Below, one piece after another: positions 19,907 through 29,582 of a stretch of DNA of 39,564 nt. Positions within the stretch are counted from its first letter, which is position 1. Each line of letters opens with the position of its first letter. The position numbers and the translations under genes are program-made. This DNA comes from an uncultured Syntrophales bacterium (GTDB taxonomy: Bacteria; Desulfobacterota; Syntrophia; Syntrophales; JAAYKM01): positions 1 to 39,564 of the forward strand of contig CAYPKE010000003.1 in assembly GCA_964411235.1 (NCBI GenBank). Reading direction: 5' to 3'. The notes beneath the pieces are model-generated. The model saw nothing but the letters and a program-made list of their open reading frames with translations, did not search any database and was not told the origin of the DNA.

Positions 19907-21100
19907 ATGGATGACATCCGGTATTTGCAACAGTCTTTTGACGCTTTCCAGCAGTCTTCCGCACGCCTGCAGGAGATCTACGAGGCATTGCAGCGGCAGA
20001 TAGCCCATGCCGCCGTAGAGCTGGAGGAAAAGAATGCGGAGCTTCTCCGGCTGAGCGCTGAGCGTGAAGGCATGAAAAACTATCTCGAGAGCATTCTGGA
20101 GAATCTCACGGTGGGCGTCCTCGTCACGGATGCGGCGGGGGTGGTCGGCATTGCCAACCGGGCGGCCCTGAGTCTTCTGCAACAGAACCGGGAGGATATC
20201 TTGGGGGTTCCTGTCGCTCAGTTATTCGGCGAATCCCTTCCCTTTGAGGCAGGACATGGAGACGTTGCTGAAAATGACGCCGCTGGCCGCCGTATAAGCC
20301 GCGACGGACGCATCCTGGAGGTGTTTTCTTCCGCGCTTGCCGCAGCGAGGGGCGATGGGAGCGGCAGTGCCTGGGTCATTTACGATATCACGGAGACACT
20401 GAAGCTGGAAAAGCAGGCGCGGCTCAATGAGAAAAACGCCGCCATGCTCGAAATGGCAGCCCGCATCGCTCACGAGGTCCGCAATCCCCTGGGGAGCATC
20501 GAGCTGTTTTCTTCCCTGCTTCAGCGCCATGTGCAGGGAGGAAAGCCGCGGGAATGGGTCGGGCAGATCATAGGAGCCGTGGAGAACATCGACCGGAAAA
20601 TCGAGTCGCTGCTGCGGTATGTCAAGACCGTGGAACCGCTTATGGAAGTCCTGGATGTTCACGAGATCCTCAGGCAAGTCCTGTTGTATTCCGACTGCAT
20701 TGCGGACCAGGGGCATGTTTTTCTTTCCGTGGAATATGATACGGGAACTGCCGCCATAAGGGGAAACCCGGCGATGCTGCGCCGCATTTTCACGGGCATG
20801 GTGCTGAATGCCCTGAAATCGATCACCGGGGAAGGGCGGATTCATATCCGCACGCAGATCGACCACGACGGCCAGGGGGGATCGACCGTGAGCATCGGTT
20901 TTGCCGATAACAGGCCGGGGAATCCGGGGGACCACATCCGGCGGTTTTTCAACCCCGAGGAAGAAGACGAGCGCTTGGCGGGTTTTAACTTCGCCGTGAT
21001 CCGGAATATCGTGACCATGCATCAGGGGACTCTGTCCGCTGAAAGCGGCGGCGACGGCACCGTGTCGTTCCGTGTCGTTCTCCCCTTGGTAAAGCCGTGA
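19907..21100 (+). CDS. FlrB/FleS-like cytoplasmic PAS histidine kinase with a degenerate ATP-binding domain
   Basis: N-terminal F..F.QSS..L...Y..LQ coiled coil typical of FleS/FlrB; PAS (ILENLTVGVLVTD..G.V..ANRAA); H-box AHEVRNPLGSIEL. Confidence 0.85.
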   Translation: MDDIRYLQQSFDAFQQSSARLQEIYEALQRQIAHAAVELEEKNAELLRLSAEREGMKNYLESILENLTVGVLVTDAAGVVGIANRAALSLLQQNREDILGVPVAQLFGESLPFEAGHGDVAENDAAGRRISRDGRILEVFSSALAAARGDGSGSAWVIYDITETLKLEKQARLNEKNAAMLEMAARIAHEVRNPLGSIELFSSLLQRHVQGGKPREWVGQIIGAVENIDRKIESLLRYVKTVEPLMEVLDVHEILRQVLLYSDCIADQGHVFLSVEYDTGTAAIRGNPAMLRRIFTGMVLNALKSITGEGRIHIRTQIDHDGQGGSTVSIGFADNRPGNPGDHIRRFFNPEEEDERLAGFNFAVIRNIVTMHQGTLSAESGGDGTVSFRVVLPLVKP

Positions 21101-21130
21101 ACGGAACCAACAAAGGCAGGAAACAAAAAA

Positions 21131-22543
21131 ATGACACATGATTGTAGCAGGCGTATTCTGATTGTCGATGACGATCCCTCCATGAGGCTTGCCCTCACGG
21201 AATCTCTGGAGGCGTGCGGCTACGCCGTGGAGGCGGCGGATAACGGGTCCGAGGCCCTGAGGAAATTCGAGCGTGATGCTTTCGGGGTGGTGGTGACGGA
21301 CATGAGAATGCCCCGGTTGGGAGGCATGGAGGTCCTCAAGGGCGTCAAAAAATTATCACCTCGGACGCCGGTGATTCTCATCACCGCTTACGGCACCGTC
21401 AGCACGGCCGTCGAAGCCATGAAGGAAGGGGCCTCGGAATTTATCATGAAACCCTTTTCCCTGGACGACCTGCAGGGGGTGGTGAAAAAGGTTCTCGCCT
21501 CAGGCCCTCCCGTCCAGGAAGCCGTAACGCCCAGTGAAGCCGACGTGGCAACCGAGACCGATATTCTAACCCGGTCCGACAAGATGAAAGCGCTGCTTGC
21601 GCTCATGCGGAACATCGCGAAAAGCCGGTCCTGCGTGCTGATCCAGGGGGAGAGCGGAACGGGCAAGGAACTGTTCGCCCGCTATATCTATCGGCACAGC
21701 GGGCGGGAAAATCACCCCTTCGTCGCCATCAACTGCGCCGCTATCCCGCATCACCTCCTGGAAAGCGAGATGTTCGGTTATGAAAAGGGCGCCTTTACCG
21801 GCGCGATCCAGAGAAAACCGGGCAAATTCGAGCTGGCCGATGGGGGGACCCTGCTGCTTGACGAAATCGGCGATATGGATGTTCAACTCCAGGCGAAACT
21901 GCTGCGCGTGCTCCAGGAATCGGAGGTCGACCGTCTGGGCGGGCGGGAGCCTGTCGCCGTCGATGTCCGGATCATTGCCACCACCAATGCCGACCTGAAA
22001 AAAGGCGTTGAGGAAAAGAAATTCCGGGAGGATCTTTATTTCCGCCTGAACGTGATCCCCATTCAGATCCCGCCCCTGAGGGACCGGAGGGTGGACGTGG
22101 CTCTCCTGAGCGAGCATTTTCTAGAAAAGTACAGCCGGCTGAGTGACAGGGCCAAACCGGCGATATCGCCGGCGGCGATGGCGATCCTGGAATCTTATTC
22201 CTGGCCGGGTAATGTCAGGGAATTGGAGCATGTCATGGAACGGTCGGTTCTTCTCTGCGACGAGGGGGTCATCCTGCCGGAACATCTTTATCTGGATGGC
22301 CCCGTCAGGAGTATGCCGGAACAGAAGGGTCCGGACAACGCCCCGGATCTGGTGCTTAGGGCGGGTCCGCGAGATCCCGTCACCTTGAAGGAGATGGAAA
22401 AGTCCATGATTTTCGAGGTCTTGAACAAAGTGAACGGCAACAGGACCCAGGCTTCCCGGATTCTCGGCATCAGTGTCCGGACCATGCGCAACAAACTTCA
22501 GGAATATGAAGCCGAGGGCGATGTCATCCCCTGCGATTCCTGA
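21131..22543 (+). CDS. FlrC/FleR-like sigma54-dependent response regulator
   Basis: REC (VTDMRMP), [28 protein letters not shown]; directly upstream of flgB. Confidence 0.9.
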   Translation: MTHDCSRRILIVDDDPSMRLALTESLEACGYAVEAADNGSEALRKFERDAFGVVVTDMRMPRLGGMEVLKGVKKLSPRTPVILITAYGTVSTAVEAMKEGASEFIMKPFSLDDLQGVVKKVLASGPPVQEAVTPSEADVATETDILTRSDKMKALLALMRNIAKSRSCVLIQGESGTGKELFARYIYRHSGRENHPFVAINCAAIPHHLLESEMFGYEKGAFTGAIQRKPGKFELADGGTLLLDEIGDMDVQLQAKLLRVLQESEVDRLGGREPVAVDVRIIATTNADLKKGVEEKKFREDLYFRLNVIPIQIPPLRDRRVDVALLSEHFLEKYSRLSDRAKPAISPAAMAILESYSWPGNVRELEHVMERSVLLCDEGVILPEHLYLDGPVRSMPEQKGPDNAPDLVLRAGPRDPVTLKEMEKSMIFEVLNKVNGNRTQASRILGISVRTMRNKLQEYEAEGDVIPCDS

Positions 22544-22571
22544 TAGGCCGTTCGAAAGGTTTGTCAGGCTT

Positions 22572-22587
22572 TGGTATGCAGCTTGCA
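22572..22587 (+). promoter_or_regulatory. Sigma54 promoter for the flgB operon
   Basis: TGGTATGCAGCTTGCA (GG-N10-GC), followed by an AAGGAG RBS. Confidence 0.82.
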
Positions 22588-22623
22588 AAATAAAAAGGCA
22601 TCAAACGACGGAAAGGAGCGGTC

Positions 22624-23004
22624 ATGGATTTTCTATTCGGCAAGACGATACCCCTGCTGTCTTCCGTGCTCCATTATCGTTCGGAGCGCCAGAAGCTGAT
22701 TTCGGCCAATGTAACCAACATTGATACGGAAAATTACCAGTCCCGGGAATTGGTGTTCCGAAACCGTCTTCTCGATGAGATGACGAAGCAGCAAGCGGTG
22801 ACGCCGGTGCGGACCGACCGGCAACATTTGCCCTTTCCTGCGCCATCGGGCAATCAGTACAAGGTGGAAACCTCGGGTGAAACGGTTTCCCTCGATAGGG
22901 AAATGGTCAATCTTGCGGAGAATCAATTAATGTACAACGTCACCGTTGATATCCTGGCGAGGAAATTCAGGGGCATCAGCACTTTTTTAAAGGACATCAG
23001 ATAA
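22624..23004 (+). CDS. flgB: Basal-body rod protein FlgB
   Basis: RQKLISANVTNIDT.NY, VSLDREM..LAENQL.Y. Confidence 0.93.
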   Translation: MDFLFGKTIPLLSSVLHYRSERQKLISANVTNIDTENYQSRELVFRNRLLDEMTKQQAVTPVRTDRQHLPFPAPSGNQYKVETSGETVSLDREMVNLAENQLMYNVTVDILARKFRGISTFLKDIR

Positions 23005-23430
23005 ATGGATTTTAACACGACATTTAAAATTTGCGGCTCGGGTTTGACGGCCCAGCGGGCCAAGATGGACGTCATCACCAGCAACCTGGTCAATGCGCAA
23101 ACGACGAAAACCGAAGAAGGCGGGCCCTACCGGAAAAAAACGGTGGTTCTGAAGGCGGAACAGATGCCGAAATCGTTTGACAGGACGCTCAAGGGCGCTC
23201 TTGCCGAGGTCAAGGTGGATCAGGTCGTCGAGGATCAGAGCCCCCCGCGGAGCGTCTATGATCCGGCCCATCCCGACGCGGATGAGAAGGGCTTCGTCCT
23301 GCTGCCGAACGTCAATGTGATTCGGGAGATGACCGACATGATCAATGTGGGCCGGAGCTACGAGGCGGCGGTGACCGCCTTTGACGCGGTGAAGAACATG
23401 GCCTTGAAGACGCTGGAAATCGGCAAGTAG
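23005..23430 (+). CDS. flgC: Basal-body rod protein FlgC
   Basis: GLTAQR, GGPYRKK, YDPAHPDAD..G.V..PNVN..EM. Confidence 0.97.
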   Translation: MDFNTTFKICGSGLTAQRAKMDVITSNLVNAQTTKTEEGGPYRKKTVVLKAEQMPKSFDRTLKGALAEVKVDQVVEDQSPPRSVYDPAHPDADEKGFVLLPNVNVIREMTDMINVGRSYEAAVTAFDAVKNMALKTLEIGK

Positions 23431-23455
23431 AAACGGATAAGCAAGGAGGAACAAC

Positions 23456-23755
23456 ATGTCCGATATGATCATCGGAACCCGGCCCGTCCAGATGCCCGGC
23501 ACCCCTGTTCAGGCCGGCACTGGCGCGGCGGCAGCGGAAGGCGGATTTCAATCGATTCTCAAAGATGCGATCGCCGATGTGCACACGCTTCAGACTCAGG
23601 CGGACCAGGCCATTGTCAACCTGCAGGCGAACAAGGGAAGCATGCACGAGGCGCTGATTGCCATGGAGAAGGCCAGCCTTTCTTTCCAGACCATGGTGCA
23701 GGTCCGAAACAAGATCGTGGAAGCCTACCAGGAAGTCATGAGAATGCAGGTCTAA
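23456..23755 (+). CDS. fliE: Hook-basal body protein FliE
   Basis: VQVRNKIVEAYQEVMRMQV. Confidence 0.96.
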   Translation: MSDMIIGTRPVQMPGTPVQAGTGAAAAEGGFQSILKDAIADVHTLQTQADQAIVNLQANKGSMHEALIAMEKASLSFQTMVQVRNKIVEAYQEVMRMQV

Positions 23756-23816
23756 AAGAATAGCGCCCCGAAGCGGTTCTTCGCCCGCTTGGAGAGGAAA
23801 TATTTAAGGACAATCT

Positions 23817-25346
23817 ATGGATTCGGCCAGTCAGCTCTTCAGCAATCTCTGGAAAGGATTTTCGGTCTTGCCGCCTGCCCGCAAAATGACGGTTTTGGCT
23901 GTTGCCGTGGCGACCATGGCCTGTATCTGGGGTCTCGTCTACTGGGCGAACCAGGCGGACTACAAGGTTCTTTTTTCCAATCTTTCCACGGAAGATGCGT
24001 CGGGCATTGTCTCGAAGCTTCAGGAAAAGAAAATACCGTATGAACTTTCCGGCGGCGGGAACACCATTTCCGTGCCTTCGGGCAGAGTCACCGAAGTCCG
24101 CCTGGAGATGGCCTCGTTAGGCCTGCCACAGGGAGGCGGTGTCGGTTTCGAGATTTTCGACCAGAAAAATCTCGGCGCCACGGAATTCGAACAGCAGCTC
24201 AATTATCGCCGGGCCCTTCAGGGAGAATTGGCCCGGACCATCAGGGGGCTCGATGAAATTGAACAATGTCGGGTCCACCTGGCCCTGCCCAGGGAATCCC
24301 TGTTTGTGGAGGATCAGAAAAAGCCGACGGCCTCGGTCACCCTGAAGCTTAAAGGCGGCCGGTCTTTGCGTTCCGACCAGATCGAGGGCATCGGTCACCT
24401 CGTGGCCAGCGGGGTCGAAGGATTGAGTCCCGCCGATGTGATGATCGTCGACAGCAAGGGCAACATCCTTTCCCGCAAGCAGGATGACTCACGTCTGGGA
24501 AAGATGACCGCCTCCCAGGTTGAGTACCAGAACAATATCGAAAAGAACCTGTCGAGCCGTGTCCAGTCGATGCTGGAAAAAATCGTCGGACAGGGCAAGG
24601 CTGTGGTCCGTGTCGCGGCGGACCTGGATTTTCGCATCATCGAAAAGACGGAAGAAGTTTTCGACCCCGAAGAACCCGTGGTCCGCAGCACCCAGAGGCA
24701 GACGGAAAAGATCACGCCGCCGGCGGGGGCGCCGGGCGCGAAGTCTGCGGAGGAAAAGCTCGACGAAGTCATCAATTTTGAGATCAACAAGACCGTCAGC
24801 AGGACGGTCATGCCCGTCGGGGACATCCGGAAACTGTCCATCGCCGTTCTGGTGGATGGAAACTACGTCAAGGACGACAAGGGGGTTGAAACCTACCAGT
24901 CACGGGAAAAGAAGGAAATGGACAGCATCGAGGAACTTGTCAAAAAATCGGCAGGGGTGAACCTGACCCGCGGCGACCAGGTGGTGGTGACCAATATGGC
25001 CTTCCGGCCCTCAATGGACGATGAATTCAATGCCCCGATTCCCTGGTCAGACCGCGTGAGTGATTTCACGCCCTACCTCAAATACCTCGTGATCCTCGCG
25101 GCTTTGGGACTGCTGGTCCTTTTCGTCCTCAAGCCGGTGGTGGCCTCCGTCGCCGAACTGGGCAAGAACCAGTTGCCGGCAATCGGCCCGGTGCCGGAGA
25201 AGGTTCCTGAATTGCGTGGTCCGGCAGGGCCCATGCTGATGACCCCCCTGGAGGAACGGACGATGAACGAAGCGGAGTTAACCCGGCAACTGGCCGATGC
25301 CGATGCCAAGAAGTTTGCCGAACTATTGCGAAATTGGATCCGCTAG
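23817..25346 (+). CDS. fliF: MS-ring protein FliF
   Basis: GLPQGGGVGFEIFD, RALQGELARTI, RVHLALP, ASVTL, two TM segments, C-terminal LLRNW. Confidence 0.97.
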   Translation: MDSASQLFSNLWKGFSVLPPARKMTVLAVAVATMACIWGLVYWANQADYKVLFSNLSTEDASGIVSKLQEKKIPYELSGGGNTISVPSGRVTEVRLEMASLGLPQGGGVGFEIFDQKNLGATEFEQQLNYRRALQGELARTIRGLDEIEQCRVHLALPRESLFVEDQKKPTASVTLKLKGGRSLRSDQIEGIGHLVASGVEGLSPADVMIVDSKGNILSRKQDDSRLGKMTASQVEYQNNIEKNLSSRVQSMLEKIVGQGKAVVRVAADLDFRIIEKTEEVFDPEEPVVRSTQRQTEKITPPAGAPGAKSAEEKLDEVINFEINKTVSRTVMPVGDIRKLSIAVLVDGNYVKDDKGVETYQSREKKEMDSIEELVKKSAGVNLTRGDQVVVTNMAFRPSMDDEFNAPIPWSDRVSDFTPYLKYLVILAALGLLVLFVLKPVVASVAELGKNQLPAIGPVPEKVPELRGPAGPMLMTPLEERTMNEAELTRQLADADAKKFAELLRNWIR

Positions 25347-25399
25347 GATGAAAAGGAACCTTTCAAAACGATGAAATCACAAGGCGGGATTTTTCTCAT

Positions 25400-26395
25400 A
25401 TGACTAACGAAGAAAAAGCGGCCATTCTGCTGCTGTCTCTGAAAGAGGATACGGCGGCGCAGGTTATGAAGAATCTACGGCCGGCGGAAATCCGCCGCAT
25501 CGGTAAATATATGAACCGTATTTCCGATATCCCTTCGGAAACCCTCAATGCGGTGGCCAGGGAATTCTGCACGCTGGCCCGGGAAAAGGGAGGGACGATT
25601 TCCGTCGGGCACGAACAGCCGAAAAATATCGTCATCAAGGCACTGGGCGAGAAAGCGGCCCAGGACATCATTGCCGATGTCGAGAACGCCAAAAGAAACG
25701 ACAATCCCATCATCGACAAGCTCCAGGACATTGACCCCAAGGTTCTGGTCGACTTCACCCGAACCGAGCATCCCCAGACCATCGCCCTGATTCTCGCCCA
25801 CCTTAAACCGGACCAGGCGGCCCAGGTGCTGAACGATTTTTCCCCGGCGATGCAGTTTGAGATCACCAAGAGAATGGCGACCCTCAAGAGCGTGCCCTAT
25901 GAATTCATCGAAGAGGTGGCCAAGACACTGGAGAAGGAAATCGTTATCGGCCAGGGAGGGGACCAGCAAATCGGGGGGCCCCAGTTGGCGGCGGAAATTC
26001 TGAACCGGCTCAACCGCGCGAACGAAAATTCGATCATGATTTCCCTGGAGGAAACGGACCCCGACCTGGCTTTCCAGATCCGGAACTTCATGTTCACCTT
26101 CGAAGACGTTCTGAAGCTCGATGACAAGAGTCTTCAGGAACTGCTCCGGGAGGTCAGCGGCGAAGACCTGGCCCGTGCCCTCAAGCTGGTTGATGCGGGC
26201 CTCCGGGAGAAAATTTTCAAGAACATGTCCAAGCGCGGCGCCGAGATGCTCAAGGAAGACATTGAAATGATGCCGCCCATCCGCCTGTCCGAAGTCGAAG
26301 CCAGCCAGAGGACGATTCTTGAAATCACGAAACGGCTGGAAACGGAAGGCAAGATCACGATTTCGCGGGGAGACGAGCAGGATGAGTTCATCTAA
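25400..26395 (+). CDS. fliG: Motor switch protein FliG
   Basis: KAAILL, EHPQTIALIL, GG, MFTFED, NMSKR.A. Confidence 0.97.
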   Translation: MTNEEKAAILLLSLKEDTAAQVMKNLRPAEIRRIGKYMNRISDIPSETLNAVAREFCTLAREKGGTISVGHEQPKNIVIKALGEKAAQDIIADVENAKRNDNPIIDKLQDIDPKVLVDFTRTEHPQTIALILAHLKPDQAAQVLNDFSPAMQFEITKRMATLKSVPYEFIEEVAKTLEKEIVIGQGGDQQIGGPQLAAEILNRLNRANENSIMISLEETDPDLAFQIRNFMFTFEDVLKLDDKSLQELLREVSGEDLARALKLVDAGLREKIFKNMSKRGAEMLKEDIEMMPPIRLSEVEASQRTILEITKRLETEGKITISRGDEQDEFI

Positions 26396-27056
26396 AGGCG
26401 TCATCAAGTCATCCCATGTCAGGGTCGTGAACACGGTTGCACCTGGGACACCCGCTATTCCAGGCGGCGGAGCTTTTCAAGTTAACGCCCTGATTCCGGA
26501 TGCCCGGAAAAGCGGAGGGACTGCCCGGGAACAGACGGCGGAACTGGAAGCGAAACTCCGCCAGACCGAACAGGAAGCGTACGACAGGGGTTTTCGGGAG
26601 GGCATGAATAAGGGTATGGATCTCCAGAAGGAGGAGCTCCGGCAAGCCGCCGGTGCCGTCTCCGTACTGATGAAGGAATTGACGGCGCTGCGTCAGCAGA
26701 TCCTCGCGGAGATGGAGCTCCAGATCGTAAACCTGGCCTTCGGCATTGCCGCCAAGGTGATTCACCAGGAAGTGAAGCAGGAGAGAACAATCGTGATCTC
26801 CGTGCTGCGGGAAGCCGTCAAAAGCGTGATGGACAGGGACGGGATGAAGATCCGCATCAATCCCCATGATTATCGCCATATCGTGGAGGTGAAAGACGAT
26901 TTCCTTAAAGAAATGGACGGGGTGAAAAATGTCGTCTTTGAAGAGGACGCCGCCATCAAACCCGGTGGGGTTGTTGTGGAAACCCGGTTTGGTGAGGTAG
27001 ATGCGCGTCTTGAACAGCAGTTCCAGGAAATAAAATCGGGTTTCGGGCTTTCCTGA
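26382..27056 (+). CDS. fliH: Export protein FliH
   Basis: AYDRGFREGMNKG (GxxxG repeats), IRINP.D, GGVVVET..G.VDA. Confidence 0.92.
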   Translation: MSSSKGVIKSSHVRVVNTVAPGTPAIPGGGAFQVNALIPDARKSGGTAREQTAELEAKLRQTEQEAYDRGFREGMNKGMDLQKEELRQAAGAVSVLMKELTALRQQILAEMELQIVNLAFGIAAKVIHQEVKQERTIVISVLREAVKSVMDRDGMKIRINPHDYRHIVEVKDDFLKEMDGVKNVVFEEDAAIKPGGVVVETRFGEVDARLEQQFQEIKSGFGLS

Positions 27057-27073
27057 CCGGAACATAGGCATCG

Positions 27074-28390
27074 ATGTATACGGATTTCGAAAAATATCAC
27101 CGGGTTCTGGAGCGGATTAATCCGATCCGGGTGAACGGCAAGGTGAGTGAAATCATCGGTCTCGTGGTGGAAGGACACGGCCCGGCGGCATCGATCGGCG
27201 AAGTGTGCGGCATCTACCCGACGGGGAGGGATAAACCCGTGAATGCCGAGGTCGTCGGATTCCGCAAGGGCAAGGTTCTGCTGATGCCTTTGGAAAACAT
27301 TCGGGGACTGGGGCCGGGATGCCGTATCGTCGCCATTCACAAGAAAGCGGGGATTCAGGTCGGTCAGGGTTTGCTGGGTCGTGTCATTGACGGCCTCGGC
27401 CATCCGATCGACGGCCGGGGGCCCATCCATTGCGACGAGGAATATCCGATCTACGCGGAGCCGCTGAACCCTCTGCAGCGCGGGCGCATTCATGAACCCA
27501 TGGATTTGGGTGTCCGGTCCGTCAACAGCCTGCTGACCTGCGGCAAAGGCCAGCGCATGGGTATCTTTGCCGGGTCCGGTGTCGGGAAAAGTGTGCTTCT
27601 GGGCATGTTCGCCCGTCACACCAAGGCGGATGTCAACGTGATCGGCCTGATCGGGGAACGGGGACGGGAAGTGCGGGATTTTCTGGAAAAGAATCTCGGG
27701 GCCGAAGGGCTTGCGCGGTCCGTGGTCGTTGTCGCCGCGTCGGACATGCATCCCTTGGTCCGGATGCGGGCGGCCTATGTGGCGACGACCATTTCCGAAT
27801 ATTTCCGCGATCAGGGCGGCAACGTGCTGCTCATGATCGACTCCCTGACGCGCTTTGCCATGGCCCAGCGGGAAATCGGCTTGTCCGTCGGGGAACCGCC
27901 GACCACCAAGGGGTACACGCCTTCCGTCTTCAGCCTGCTGCCGAAGCTTCTGGAGCGGGCGGGAAGCCTGGAGGGAGGCGGCAGCATCACCGGCCTGTAC
28001 ACGATTCTCGTCGAAGGCGATGACTTCAACGAGCCCATTTCGGACGCCGCCCGGTCGATACTGGACGGACACATCGCCCTGTCCCGGGACCTGGCCAGCA
28101 AGAACCATTATCCCGCCGTGGATGTGCTGAACAGCATCAGCCGCGTGATGATCGACGTGGTGGATCCGGAACATCGCAAACGGGCGGGAGAACTGCTCAA
28201 CATCCTATCAGTCTATAGGAAAGCGGAGGATATGATCAATATCGGCGCCTACGTGAAGGGAAGCAACCGGGAGATCGATCGGGCCATCGACATGATGGAC
28301 CGGATCAATGGATTCCTCCGGCAGGGTATCGAAGAAAAGATCACCTACCAGGAATCCGTCCGGGAACTGGAATCCTTGCTGAGGTTGTAA
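27074..28390 (+). CDS. fliI: Export ATPase FliI
   Basis: Walker A GSGVGKS, IGERGREV, DSLTRFAMAQRE, LDGHI.L.R. Confidence 0.98.
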   Translation: MYTDFEKYHRVLERINPIRVNGKVSEIIGLVVEGHGPAASIGEVCGIYPTGRDKPVNAEVVGFRKGKVLLMPLENIRGLGPGCRIVAIHKKAGIQVGQGLLGRVIDGLGHPIDGRGPIHCDEEYPIYAEPLNPLQRGRIHEPMDLGVRSVNSLLTCGKGQRMGIFAGSGVGKSVLLGMFARHTKADVNVIGLIGERGREVRDFLEKNLGAEGLARSVVVVAASDMHPLVRMRAAYVATTISEYFRDQGGNVLLMIDSLTRFAMAQREIGLSVGEPPTTKGYTPSVFSLLPKLLERAGSLEGGGSITGLYTILVEGDDFNEPISDAARSILDGHIALSRDLASKNHYPAVDVLNSISRVMIDVVDPEHRKRAGELLNILSVYRKAEDMINIGAYVKGSNREIDRAIDMMDRINGFLRQGIEEKITYQESVRELESLLRL

Positions 28391-28393
28391 GGC

Positions 28394-28834
28394 ATGTTCA
28401 CGTATAACCTGCAATCCATCCTCGATTTCCGGCAGAATACGGAAGAGAAGAAACTCACCGCGCTGGCGGCGACAGAACAGCATCTGCGGCAGGAGGAGCA
28501 TCGGCTGCAGGACATTCGTGATCAGCATAAAGCCCTGATTGAAGCATTAAAGGCCCTCAAGGACAAGCAGTGCGACAGCCGGGAGATTGCCCTATCGATG
28601 AACTTTGCCGAAGTGCTGCAGAAACAGGAGAAGCGTCAGACCGAGGTAGTTCGCAAGGCGGCGGCGCTTTGTGATGAAAAACGCAGGGAACTGCTGGAGG
28701 CCGTGAAGCAGAGGAAGATGATGGAGATTCACAAGGAGCACCGCTACCAGGATTACAAAGCCGAGCGGACTCTGTCCGAACGCCGGGAAACGGATGACCT
28801 GTCGATCCAGCGTTACATCAGGAGAGAATCATGA
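28394..28834 (+). CDS. fliJ: Export protein FliJ
   Basis: F.Y.LQ.ILDFR, coiled coil, E.RE.DD; positioned after fliI. Confidence 0.88.
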   Translation: MFTYNLQSILDFRQNTEEKKLTALAATEQHLRQEEHRLQDIRDQHKALIEALKALKDKQCDSREIALSMNFAEVLQKQEKRQTEVVRKAAALCDEKRRELLEAVKQRKMMEIHKEHRYQDYKAERTLSERRETDDLSIQRYIRRES

Positions 28835-29451
28835 AAACCAACAAAACGGCTGTGATCGGGGGGGTCCTCGCAATCCTTTTTCTGAAGCTTCTATTGGCGG
28901 GTGGTTTGTTTCAGGAACTATCCGGTGTCGATACCTCATCTCTCGCAATCAAAGAGGCCATGGCGGATACGGCCAAGGAGAATTCCGTGAACCTTCCGGT
29001 CAGGGATGTTTTGGAAGATCCTCTTGCCCGGGAACGAGCCCTTATGAAGGTTCTGCAACAGAAAAAGCAGGAACTGGACGACCAGGAAGCCCGGCTGCTG
29101 GCGGAAGAGCAAAGAATACAGGACTTGCGGCAGGAGATCGTGGCGAAGATCGATACGCTGCGTGCTTTGGAGGAAAGACTGGGGGTGGCTATCGAAGGGG
29201 AAAAGGACCAGGAAACCAAAAGATACAAGGATCTGGCCAGGGTTTATGACTCGGCGCCACCCGATAAGGTCGGTTCGATGCTCGAAAAGATGGATGTCAA
29301 GACCGCTGCCGGTGTCATGATGAATATGAAACGGGACCGGGCCGGTGCCGTTCTGGGATTTCTGAATCCCCAGCGAGCCGTCGAGATCACCCGCGAGATC
29401 ACCCGTGTCGCCGGTATGACGGCGCAACCGTTACAGCCGCCGCAGCCATAG
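28831..29451 (+). CDS. MotE/YlxF/FlbB-like flagellar protein
   Basis: N-terminal TM, coiled coil, LARVY...P.K....LEKMD...A......M....AG.VL....P..A; conserved position after fliJ. Confidence 0.8.
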   Translation: MKTNKTAVIGGVLAILFLKLLLAGGLFQELSGVDTSSLAIKEAMADTAKENSVNLPVRDVLEDPLARERALMKVLQQKKQELDDQEARLLAEEQRIQDLRQEIVAKIDTLRALEERLGVAIEGEKDQETKRYKDLARVYDSAPPDKVGSMLEKMDVKTAAGVMMNMKRDRAGAVLGFLNPQRAVEITREITRVAGMTAQPLQPPQP

Positions 29452-29582
29452 GGATAGACTGTAAGGCTCGCGCTTTTGGCGCCGCGTACCCGCCGGTGTC
29501 TTGTATGGATGCTGTCCTTCGATCCTGCAGTTCGGAGGAAGAGCGGACCATGCCGCCGCTGTCTTGCCTTCCGTGATCCGCG

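Noticed and set aside
26870-28174. Long antisense ORFs (also 2570-3682, 12372-13418, 18601-19596, 20222-21139, 25475-26434)
   Set aside because: They are shadows of well-supported genes in GC-rich DNA and show no recognisable motifs.
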